From Candidatus Woesearchaeota archaeon (GTDB lineage Archaea > Nanobdellota > Nanobdellia > Woesearchaeales > 21-14-0-10-32-9): DNA of 24,696 bases. A program made the position numbers and the translations under genes. Below the pieces are notes generated by a model. It did not search any database. It saw only the letters and a program-made list of their open reading frames with translations, and was not told the origin of the DNA. The stretch covers positions 1 to 24,696 of the forward strand of contig SKIS01000047.1 in the NCBI GenBank assembly GCA_007116295.1. The letters run 5' to 3'. Below are positions 7,244 to 15,018 of the stretch, one piece after another. Position 1 is the first letter of the stretch, and each line of letters opens with the position of its first letter.

Positions 7244-8791
7244 ATGAAATCGTTCCCAAAAAAACCAGGTGTTTATTTGTTTAAAGATGAAAATAATAAG
7301 ATAATATACGTTGGGAAAGCAAATAATCTTAATAATAGAATAAAAAGTTATTTCTCCAAAAAACATGCCAGTCCAAAAACTAAAGTTCTTTCTTTAAACA
7401 TAAAAGAAGTGGATTTCTTCATAACAAATAACGAAGTAGAAGCTTTACTTTTGGAAAATAAACTCATAAAAAAGCACAGTCCAAAATACAATATCAATCT
7501 AAAAGATGACAAGACTTACGCATACATAAAAGTAACAGATGAAAAGCTTCCTAGAATAATTTCTTCTAGGAGAGTAACCCGAAAAGGAAAGTTTTTTGGG
7601 CCATACCCTGATGGTTATGCACGAGCACTAACAATAAAGCTATTGAATAACTATTTTCAGCTTTGTAGAAAAAGTTGCTTTTCAAGCAAATCTTCACTCA
7701 ACTACCAAATCGGACTTTGTAGAGGGGCTTGCATGGGCAAAGAATCTGCTGAAGAATACAACAAAAGAGTTTCCCAAGCCATAAAAGTGCTTAAAGGCAA
7801 CGTTTTAGATTTAGAAAAAAACATTCAAAATAACCTAAAAAAATACTCTGACGAAAAAAAATATGAATTAGCACTCATACAAAGAAATTTGCTAGCTTCA
7901 CTAGAAATACTCAAACAAAAGCAAAGCGTGGATGAAGTAAGGTTCATAGATCAAGACATTATAGGAATAGAAAAAGAAAAAGATTTCGTGAACTTTTCCG
8001 TTCTTCACATAAAAAAAGGAACAATACTCGATAAAGAAAATTTTAAACTCAAAATAGAGGAAGACGTCCAATCCAAGTTTCTAACTAATTACTATTATGA
8101 TAGAGAAATACCTCATGAAATAATTGTTTCGGAGCAATTTTGGATAGATGACAAAGAAAAAGAAATATTAGAAGCGTACTTTGAAAAAATTTCTAGAAGA
8201 AAAACTAACTTGATTTACCCTCAAAGAGGAGAGAAGAAAAAATTGGTGGAGCTAGCTCTTAAAAACATCTCTCAAGGAGAAGAAAAAATACTTGAGTTAA
8301 TGCAAGAAAAATTAGCTCTAAGCACGTATCCTAAAGTAATAGAATGCTTTGACATATCCAATCTGAAAGACGAATTCATAGTGGGGGCAATGACCCAATT
8401 TATTGATGGAAAACCAAACAAAAATGGTTATAGGAAATTTAAGATAAGAAGTATAAATTCTCAAGATGACTTCGCAGGAATTTACGAAGTAGTAAAAAGA
8501 AGATATTTTAGGCTGCTCAAAGAAAACAAAGCCTTGCCCGACCTAATAATAATAGACGGGGGTAAAGGCCAATTTAGTGTTGCAAAAAAAGCATTAAACG
8601 AACTGAGGATAGATCTTGAAATGGTATCTCTTGCAAAACAAGAAGAAACAATAATCAAAGAAAACGAAATAATATCTCTGGATAAAAACAAGCAACCAAT
8701 GCTCCTAATAAGAAAAATAAGAGACTATACTCATAGGTTAGCAATAAGTTATAATAAACAGTTAAGAAGAAAAAGACTTAAAGAAGATTAA
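7244..8791 (+). CDS. uvrC: Excinuclease ABC subunit C, lacking the C-terminal (HhH)2 domain
   Basis: GIY-YIG domain (PGVYLFKD...IYVGKA...RIKSYF...ALLLENKLIKKHSPKYNINLKDDK) and RNase H-like domain (IECFDISN, YRKFKI, DDFA, PDLIIIDGGKGQ, IRDYTH). Confidence 0.95.
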   Translation: MKSFPKKPGVYLFKDENNKIIYVGKANNLNNRIKSYFSKKHASPKTKVLSLNIKEVDFFITNNEVEALLLENKLIKKHSPKYNINLKDDKTYAYIKVTDEKLPRIISSRRVTRKGKFFGPYPDGYARALTIKLLNNYFQLCRKSCFSSKSSLNYQIGLCRGACMGKESAEEYNKRVSQAIKVLKGNVLDLEKNIQNNLKKYSDEKKYELALIQRNLLASLEILKQKQSVDEVRFIDQDIIGIEKEKDFVNFSVLHIKKGTILDKENFKLKIEEDVQSKFLTNYYYDREIPHEIIVSEQFWIDDKEKEILEAYFEKISRRKTNLIYPQRGEKKKLVELALKNISQGEEKILELMQEKLALSTYPKVIECFDISNLKDEFIVGAMTQFIDGKPNKNGYRKFKIRSINSQDDFAGIYEVVKRRYFRLLKENKALPDLIIIDGGKGQFSVAKKALNELRIDLEMVSLAKQEETIIKENEIISLDKNKQPMLLIRKIRDYTHRLAISYNKQLRRKRLKED

Positions 8792-8792
8792 A

Positions 8793-9353
8793 ATGGAGGA
8801 GTTAATAAAAATTTCAAAGAAATACTGCCAAAAGCACTACTCTAATTTGGAGTACCACAATTTTGATCATGCTTTAGATGTTTTTGAAGTTGTTTGTCAA
8901 AGAAGCAAAAATCTTTCTGAGGAAGAAAAATTATTGCTCAAATTAGCGGCTTTATTTCATGATGTAGTGGTTGAACATAAAGAAGATGACGAAGCTCAAA
9001 GCGCCAAAAAAGCAGAAGAGTTTTTGAAAAGCCATTTGGATTCTCAACAAATAAAGATAATAGAAGAGCTCATACTTTCAACTAAAATGCCTCAGAATCC
9101 TAAGACAAAGCTTCAAAAAATTATTTGTGATGCTGACTTAGACAATCTTGGAAGAGATGACTTTTTTAAAAAAGGAGAGCTCTTAAGACAAGAGCTGGGT
9201 AAGAAAAAAGAGTTGTGGGAGAAAGAAACGCTAGTGTTTTTGAAAAAGCACAAATATCACACGTTGCAAGCAAGAAACGAGAGAGATATACAAAAGAAAA
9301 AACACATAAAAGAGTTGGAGAAAAGAATACTTCCCAATCCAAAACCTTTATAA
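8793..9353 (+). CDS. HD-superfamily metal-dependent phosphohydrolase
   Basis: YHNFDHALDV, LAALFHD, EAQSA, IICDADLDNLG, FLKKHKYHT. Confidence 0.88.
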   Translation: MEELIKISKKYCQKHYSNLEYHNFDHALDVFEVVCQRSKNLSEEEKLLLKLAALFHDVVVEHKEDDEAQSAKKAEEFLKSHLDSQQIKIIEELILSTKMPQNPKTKLQKIICDADLDNLGRDDFFKKGELLRQELGKKKELWEKETLVFLKKHKYHTLQARNERDIQKKKHIKELEKRILPNPKPL

Positions 9354-9354
9354 A
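9347..9354 (+). promoter_or_regulatory. TATA box of the ribosomal protein superoperon (overlaps the HD stop codon)
   Basis: AAAACC-TTTATAAA; predicts a start around 9375. Confidence 0.65.
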
Positions 9355-9370
9355 CGCTTAGCTATTCCAC

Positions 9371-9519
9371 TTGGATTAGCGACATTTAAACGTGTCGGAG
9401 TATAAAACCTGAAAAGACGTTTCGAACTTCAGTCAATGGCTGGTTCTCAATGAAGCGTTATGAATAGGTTTGTTACAACCACAAACAAATTGGCTTTAAG
9501 AGATAAAGCTATCCAATTT
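9371..9519 (+). promoter_or_regulatory. Structured 5' leader of the rpl3 operon (candidate r-protein leader RNA)
   Basis: Closing helix 9371-9380/9508-9516. Internal helices 9380-9385/9392-9397, 9405-9410/9466-9471, 9416-9424/9451-9459, 9430-9434/9438-9442 and 9493-9498/9504-9509; some of these compete for shared bases. Confidence 0.55.
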
Positions 9520-9523
9520 AAAA

Positions 9524-10495
9524 ATGGCAAAAAAAGGAAAACCAAGAAGTGGAAGCATGGGCGTTTGGCCCAGAAAAAAAGCTGCTAGAAAGATTGCTAG
9601 AGTGAGAAGCTACCCTGAGGTTAAAGAACCAAAACTTATGGGCTTTGCAGGATACAAAGCAGGAATGACTCATCTTATGGTTGTTGAACAAAACAAAAAC
9701 AAACCAAATGCGGGTCAGGAAACCTTTACGCCTGCCACAATCATCGAGTGTCCTCCATTAAAAATTTTCGCCATCAGACTTTACAAAGATCAAAACGTTT
9801 CTAAACAACTTAACTTCAAATCAGACAAAGAATTGTCCAGAGCTCTTCATGTTCCAAAAAAATTTTCTACTAAAGAAGACTTAGACAAAGTAGACTTAGA
9901 AAAATACGATGATTTAAGAGTATTAGTTTACACACAACCAAAGCTAACTTCTATAAAGAAAACTCCTGAATTATTTGAACTTCCAATAGGAGGAAATATC
10001 CAAGACAAACTAAACTTTGTTAAAGAAAACTTACAAAAAGAAATCAATATAACAGATGTCTTTGAAGAAGGACAATTAATAGACACTCACGCAGTTACTA
10101 AAGGTAAAGGATTTCAAGGTCCAATTAGAAGATTTGGAATAAGCATGACTGCTTCAAAATCTGAAAAAGCAAGAAGAAATCCAGGATCTTTAGGTGGCTG
10201 GAAATCACAAGGTCACGTAATGTACAGAGTTCCGCACGCAGGTCAAACAGGTTACCATTTAAGAACTCAAAACAACAACCTAATATTAAAAATTGGCAAA
10301 GATCCAAAAGAAGTAAATCCAAAAGGAGGCTTCTTAAGATTTGGTAATGTCAAGAGTACATACGTAATAGTAAAAGGAAGTATTCAGGGTCCAAAGAAAA
10401 GACTAATAACTTTAACACCTGCCTTGAGACCTAAAAAGAAAATACCTCATTCATCAGATTCAATAACTCATATAAGCACGGAGAGTAAACAATGA
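9524..10495 (+). CDS. rpl3: 50S ribosomal protein uL3
   Basis: PRSGSMGVWPRKKA, GFAGYKAGMTH, VTKGKGFQGPIRRFG, GSIQGPKKRLI. Confidence 0.98.
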   Translation: MAKKGKPRSGSMGVWPRKKAARKIARVRSYPEVKEPKLMGFAGYKAGMTHLMVVEQNKNKPNAGQETFTPATIIECPPLKIFAIRLYKDQNVSKQLNFKSDKELSRALHVPKKFSTKEDLDKVDLEKYDDLRVLVYTQPKLTSIKKTPELFELPIGGNIQDKLNFVKENLQKEINITDVFEEGQLIDTHAVTKGKGFQGPIRRFGISMTASKSEKARRNPGSLGGWKSQGHVMYRVPHAGQTGYHLRTQNNNLILKIGKDPKEVNPKGGFLRFGNVKSTYVIVKGSIQGPKKRLITLTPALRPKKKIPHSSDSITHISTESKQ

Positions 10496-11322
10496 AATTA
10501 AAAATTTTAGATCAAAAAGCTCAAGAAAAAGGAACATTAAAGCTTCCTTCCCAGTTCGCAGAAGCTGTAAGAGTAGATCTAATCAGAAGAGCTGTAAAAG
10601 CAATCTTTGCTAATAACAGACAAGCTTATGGTGCTAAACCTGAAGCGGGTAAAAGACACTCTGCTTTCCTAAGCAAAAGAAGAAGAAAATACAGAGGAAC
10701 ATACGGTATTGGTCAGAGTAGAACTCCTAGAAAAGTATTAAACAGAAGCGGAACAAGATTCCATTACGTAGGAGCAGTCGCGCCTCAAACAGTAGGAGGG
10801 AGAAGAGCTCATCCGCCTAAAGCCTCAAAGATTTGGACTCAAAAAATCAACAAAAAAGAAAACAGAAAAGCAATAAGAAGTGCATTAAGTTCAACTATCA
10901 ATTTAGAATTAGTAAAAGGAAGAGGACATATACCTCCTCCAAGCTATCCTTTCGTTTTAACTGACGACTTTACCCAAATAAGTAAGACTGCAGATTTAAT
11001 AAAAGCTTTAGAAACACTAGGATTTAATCAAGAACTTTCAAGAGCTCAGTCTTTCAAAGTCAGAGCAGGAAAAGGCAAAAATAGAGGGAGAAAGTATAAA
11101 GCAAAAACAAGTATATTATTCGTTGTTAATGATTATTGTGACTTAGTCCAAGCAGTAAACAATATTCCTGGTTGTGACATAATAAGTGTCAAAGATCTTA
11201 ATGCATACATATTGGCTCCTGGAGCTCAACCTGGAAGATTAACTTTATTCACACAAAGCGCTGTTAAAGAATTAGAAGAGAAAGGATACTTTAATTCAGA
11301 TTACAAAGGTGAAAAGCAATGA
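10492..11322 (+). CDS. rpl4: 50S ribosomal protein uL4
   Basis: VRVDLIRRAV, QTVGGRRAHPPK, RAGKGKNRGRKY, LAPGAQPGRLTLFT. Confidence 0.97.
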   Translation: MKLKILDQKAQEKGTLKLPSQFAEAVRVDLIRRAVKAIFANNRQAYGAKPEAGKRHSAFLSKRRRKYRGTYGIGQSRTPRKVLNRSGTRFHYVGAVAPQTVGGRRAHPPKASKIWTQKINKKENRKAIRSALSSTINLELVKGRGHIPPPSYPFVLTDDFTQISKTADLIKALETLGFNQELSRAQSFKVRAGKGKNRGRKYKAKTSILFVVNDYCDLVQAVNNIPGCDIISVKDLNAYILAPGAQPGRLTLFTQSAVKELEEKGYFNSDYKGEKQ

Positions 11323-11570
11323 ACATAATAAAATACGCTTTGGCTACAGAAAAAAGTATAAGGCTTATGGAGTCAGAAAACAAGCTAGTGTTCGTTGTAG
11401 ACATCAAATCAAACAAAAAACAAATCAAAGAAGATTTAGAAAAATCTTTTGATGTAAAAATAGATGCTGTAAAAACAGTAATAACGCCGAAAGGAAAGAA
11501 AAAGGCTTACGTTCAATTTTCACAAGAAACGCCTGCAATTGATGTTGCAACAAAATTAGGACTGATGTAA
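11319..11570 (+). CDS. rpl23: 50S ribosomal protein uL23
   Basis: TEKSIRLMESENKLVFVV...KKAYVQF...AIDVATKLGLM. Confidence 0.97.
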   Translation: MNIIKYALATEKSIRLMESENKLVFVVDIKSNKKQIKEDLEKSFDVKIDAVKTVITPKGKKKAYVQFSQETPAIDVATKLGLM

Positions 11571-11571
11571 A

Positions 11572-12273
11572 ATGGGTAAACGCTTAATACAACAAAGGAG
11601 AGGAAAAGGCACAACTAGATTTAGAGCTCCTAGTTTTAGATATAAAGGAGAAATAAAAATTCTAAATAAAGAATACTATGTTGTAAAGGACTTAATAAGA
11701 AGTGCAGGCCATAGTGCTCCTTTAATAGAGGCAGAATATAATGACAAATCAACTAGTTTACTAATAGCTCCTGAAGGAGTTAGTGTAGGTGACAAATACT
11801 TAATTGGTCAAGGAGAGCCTTCACCAGGAAACATTTTACCTTTAAGCAAAATACCTGAAGGAACAAACGTATTTTGTATTGAAGCAACACCTGGTTCAGG
11901 AGGTCAATTCGTAAGAGGTTCAGGAACTTCTGCTAAAGTAGTTTCCAGATCCGAAAAAGAAGTCAAATTATTATTACCTTCAAAAAAACAAAAGAGTTTC
12001 CACCCTGGCTGCATGGCTATGATAGGAATAGTTGCAGGAGGAGGAAGAGTAGAAAAACCAATCCTTAAAGCAGGTAAGATGCACCATATTACTAAGAGCA
12101 GAAACCAATATTACCCAGTTGTAAGTGGTTCTGCGATGAACGCAGTAGCACATCCGTTTGGTAATAAAAGAACATCTAGAAAGAGCAATGCTAAGCCTGC
12201 ACCTAAGAACGCTCCGCCAGGAAGAAAGGTAGGAGCAATAAGACCTAGAAGAACAGGAAGAAAAAACAAGTGA
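11572..12273 (+). CDS. rpl2: 50S ribosomal protein uL2
   Basis: MGKRLIQQRRGKG, VRGSGTSA, GIVAGGGRVEKP, AMNAVAHPFG, APPGRKVG. Confidence 0.97.
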   Translation: MGKRLIQQRRGKGTTRFRAPSFRYKGEIKILNKEYYVVKDLIRSAGHSAPLIEAEYNDKSTSLLIAPEGVSVGDKYLIGQGEPSPGNILPLSKIPEGTNVFCIEATPGSGGQFVRGSGTSAKVVSRSEKEVKLLLPSKKQKSFHPGCMAMIGIVAGGGRVEKPILKAGKMHHITKSRNQYYPVVSGSAMNAVAHPFGNKRTSRKSNAKPAPKNAPPGRKVGAIRPRRTGRKNK

Positions 12274-12279
12274 TCATAA

Positions 12280-12660
12280 ATGGCAAAAAAAATATTTACA
12301 TATAAAGGAAAAACATTGGAAGAACTCCAAGCTATGAGTCATGAAGAAGTAGCTCAATTACTTCCTTCAAGGCAAAGAAGAAAAATGCTTAGAGGTTTTA
12401 GTGAAGAAGAAGTCAAATTACTTCAAAAATTAAATAAAAAAGGAACTGCTAAAACTCACTTAAGAGACATGATAGTTCTTCCAGAAATGGTTTCCAAAAC
12501 AGTAAAGGTTCATAAAGGAAATTCTTTTGAATCAGTTATAATTCAACCAGAAATGATTGGTTGTTACTTAGGAGAATTAGCTTTAACAAGAAAGAAATTA
12601 AAACACGGAGGCGCAGGTGTCGGTGCAACTAGAAGCTCTGCACATCAAAGCGTGAGATAA
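12280..12660 (+). CDS. rps19: 30S ribosomal protein uS19
   Basis: [42 protein letters not shown]. Confidence 0.97.
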   Translation: MAKKIFTYKGKTLEELQAMSHEEVAQLLPSRQRRKMLRGFSEEEVKLLQKLNKKGTAKTHLRDMIVLPEMVSKTVKVHKGNSFESVIIQPEMIGCYLGELALTRKKLKHGGAGVGATRSSAHQSVR

Positions 12661-12662
12661 AA

Positions 12663-13103
12663 ATGAAGACAAGGTACTCATTTCAAGATAAAGAAAACAT
12701 GGCTAAGGCTTATGGAAAAAGTTTGCCTATATCTACTAAAGTAGCTGTAGAGGTAAGCAACTTTTTAAGAGGTAAAACAACTCAAAAAGCTAAAGCTATT
12801 TTAGAAAGAGTACTGCAAAAGAAACAAGCAATTCCTTACAAAAGAGCGGTTGACGGAGTAGGTCATAAACCAAACATGGCTTCAGGAAGATACCCTCAAA
12901 AAGCAAGCGAGGAATATTTAAGTTTGATAAAACAAGCTGAAGCAAATGCTGAAGCAAAAGGCTTAGGAGAAGAACTAGTAATAGTTCACTTATCTGCTCA
13001 TAAAGCAAGTAGGCCTCCTAGACAAGGAAGACAAACAAGAAGAAAATTCAAAAGAACTCATGTAGAAATCGTAGTTGAAGAGCAGGAGAAAACTAAAAAA
13101 TGA
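12663..13103 (+). CDS. rpl22: 50S ribosomal protein uL22
   Basis: LPISTKVAVEV, AIPYKR, GRYPQKAS, THVEIVVEE. Confidence 0.96.
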   Translation: MKTRYSFQDKENMAKAYGKSLPISTKVAVEVSNFLRGKTTQKAKAILERVLQKKQAIPYKRAVDGVGHKPNMASGRYPQKASEEYLSLIKQAEANAEAKGLGEELVIVHLSAHKASRPPRQGRQTRRKFKRTHVEIVVEEQEKTKK

Positions 13104-13996
13104 TTGAAAGAAAATTTGTATCACAAAACATCAGAGAATACCAAATAAAGTCTTTTCTATTCAACGAATTGACAAGAGCAGGGTTAGCAGATGTTAAACT
13201 CCAAAGAACACCTCTAGGTGACAAAGTAGTTGTCATAGCTAGCAGACCTGGTTTGGTTGTTGGTAAAGGGGGTTCTAATATTAAAAGATTAACCAAAGAG
13301 CTCGAAAAAAAATTCGGCTTAGAAACACCTCAAATAGAAATAGAGGAAATAAAAGATTACAGAACTAACGCTGCTATTACTGCAGAGATGATCGCAAACT
13401 CCTTAGAAAGATTTGGAACTCAAAGATTTAAAGGAGTAGGTCACAAAACTCTTCAAAGTGTTATGGATGCAGGAGCGTTAGGAATAGAAATCACTATTAG
13501 TGGAAGGGTTCCAAGTTCCAGAGCTAAAACATGGAGATTTTATCAAGGTTACTTAAAGAAATGTGGAGACATAAGTATATCCGGCGTTGATAAAGCGCAT
13601 CAAATCGCAGTTTTAAAAACAGGTGTTGTTGGAATAAGCGTCACTATTATGCCTGGAGATACAAAGCTTCCTGATAAAATAGAATTATTAGATGAACCTC
13701 AAACAGTAGTTGAAGAAATAGAAGAAAAAGCTTCTGAGAAGAAGGAAGTTAAGAAAGCTCCTGCTAAGAAAAAAGAAGAAAAAGCAACTCCTAAGAAGGA
13801 GAAGGAAGTAGCAGAAGAAAAGCCCAAAGCTAAAAAGAAAGAGGAGACTAAAAAAGAAGAAGAGCCAAAAAAGAAAAAAGTGGCTAAGAAGACTTCAACT
13901 AAGAAAAAAGAAGAAAAAGCTTCTGAGAAGAAGGAAGTTAAGAAAGCTCCTACTAAGAAAAAAGCAACTAAAAAGAAGAAAAGTGAAGACAAATGA
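13100..13996 (+). CDS. rps3: 30S ribosomal protein uS3 with ~100 aa Lys/Glu/Ala-rich C-terminal tail
   Basis: RTPLGDKVVVIASRPGLVVGKGG, GALGIEITISGRV, KTGVVGISVTIMP, followed by a low-complexity tail. Confidence 0.97.
   Translation: MIERKFVSQNIREYQIKSFLFNELTRAGLADVKLQRTPLGDKVVVIASRPGLVVGKGGSNIKRLTKELEKKFGLETPQIEIEEIKDYRTNAAITAEMIANSLERFGTQRFKGVGHKTLQSVMDAGALGIEITISGRVPSSRAKTWRFYQGYLKKCGDISISGVDKAHQIAVLKTGVVGISVTIMPGDTKLPDKIELLDEPQTVVEEIEEKASEKKEVKKAPAKKKEEKATPKKEKEVAEEKPKAKKKEETKKEEEPKKKKVAKKTSTKKKEEKASEKKEVKKAPTKKKATKKKKSEDK
13721..13964 (+). repeat. 55-nt direct repeat (1 mismatch) within the uS3 tail
   Basis: 13721-13775 versus 13910-13964 (offset 189, in frame), encoding EEKASEKKEVKKAP(A/T)KKK. 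Confidence 0.9.
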
Positions 13997-14202
13997 AAGC
14001 TGACAAAATAAGACAACTAAAAGAAAACGAAATCGAGTCCACTTTAAAGGATTTGAAACAAGAACTTAGTATACTACAAGGTCAAGCTTCAATGGGAACT
14101 CCACCAAAAAATCCAGGAAGGATAAAACAAATAAAAAAAATAATTGCTAGAATTCACACAGTTAAAAATCAAACAACAACTAAGGAGGTAAAAAACAAAT
14201 AA
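13993..14202 (+). CDS. rpl29: 50S ribosomal protein uL29
   Basis: LKDLKQEL...NPGRIKQIKKIIARIHT, in its canonical position after uS3. Confidence 0.95.
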   Translation: MKADKIRQLKENEIESTLKDLKQELSILQGQASMGTPPKNPGRIKQIKKIIARIHTVKNQTTTKEVKNK

Positions 14203-14508
14203 ATGCCAGAAATAGACCCTATAACAGGATTACCTAAAGAACTTGGCGCGTGGGATAACATAGCCAAGGAAAATCAAAAAATCACGATAAAAATCATCCG
14301 AAAAAAATTCGGAAAAAAATACACGGTCATCGAAGGAATCGACAAGAACGAAGTCGATTTAAAATCTGTGGCCAAAAAGCTCAAAAACAAGTTTGCCTGT
14401 GGAGGTACAGCCAAAGGAGGTCAAATAGAACTTCAAGGAGACCACAGCAGGGAAATAAAAAAAGAGCTTATACAAATGGGGTTCAGCCCTGATTCAATAG
14501 AGTCATGA
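14203..14508 (+). CDS. Translation initiation factor aIF1 (SUI1)
   Basis: DPITGLPKEL, KKFGKKYTVIEGID, LKNKFACGGTAKGGQIELQGDH. Confidence 0.96.
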   Translation: MPEIDPITGLPKELGAWDNIAKENQKITIKIIRKKFGKKYTVIEGIDKNEVDLKSVAKKLKNKFACGGTAKGGQIELQGDHSREIKKELIQMGFSPDSIES

Positions 14509-14747
14509 ACAAATATCAAAAAGAGTACCTTGGCAAAAAAATAGAAGTTGTCGAGGCTAAAAATCCTTCTTTGAAGGGTTTCAAAGGCAAAATCATAGGT
14601 GAAACAAAGTTTTCATTTAAGATAAAAACAAAGGAAAAACAAACCACAATCCTTAAGAAAACAAACGTTTTCCTCATTGACGAGGAAATAGTCGAAGGTT
14701 ACAAAATAACCAAGAGACCTGAAGAAAGGATTAAGATAAAGAGATAA
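14505..14747 (+). CDS. rnp1: RNase P protein component 1 (Rpp29/Pop4)
   Basis: EYLGKKIEVVEAKNPSLKGFKGKIIGETK...RPEERIK, in its canonical position. Confidence 0.88.
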   Translation: MNKYQKEYLGKKIEVVEAKNPSLKGFKGKIIGETKFSFKIKTKEKQTTILKKTNVFLIDEEIVEGYKITKRPEERIKIKR

Positions 14748-14754
14748 CAAAAAA

Positions 14755-15018
14755 ATGGAAAAAAACATATCGAGAAGAGGAAGAACCTTCACAGGAAAGG
14801 TAATAAGAGCCAAAATGGCTAAAACAGTTACTGTGGAGTGGGAGAAATCTAAGTACATACCTAAGTATGAAAGATATGAAAAAAGAAAATCTCGAGTTAA
14901 GGCTCACAATCCTGAAAGCATAAATGCTAAGGAAGGTGACATAGTCGTGATTCAAGAAACAAGGCCTTTAAGCAAAACAAAGCACTTTATAGTAACACAA
15001 ATAGTAGAAGAAAAATGA
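14755..15018 (+). CDS. rps17: 30S ribosomal protein uS17
   Basis: RGRTFTGKV, KTVTVEWE, KYERYEKRKSRVKAHNP, ETRPLSKTKHF. Confidence 0.97.
   Translation: MEKNISRRGRTFTGKVIRAKMAKTVTVEWEKSKYIPKYERYEKRKSRVKAHNPESINAKEGDIVVIQETRPLSKTKHFIVTQIVEEK

Noticed and set aside
8780-8860. Frameshifted continuation of UvrC encoding HhH2
   Set aside because: The alternative frames stop within about 20 codons and show no GIG/HhH pattern, and the HD ORF begins cleanly at 8793.
9371-9516. Possible divergent 5S rRNA gene (end-to-end helix, CGAAC motif)
   Set aside because: At 146 nt and very AU-rich, it has no convincing helix II, loop E or helix V. It ends 7 nt before the rpl3 ATG and is better explained as an mRNA leader.
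13699-14016. Phe/Ser-rich antisense ORF resembling a membrane protein
   Set aside because: It is the shadow of the Lys/Glu-rich uS3 tail (AAG/GAA read in reverse).
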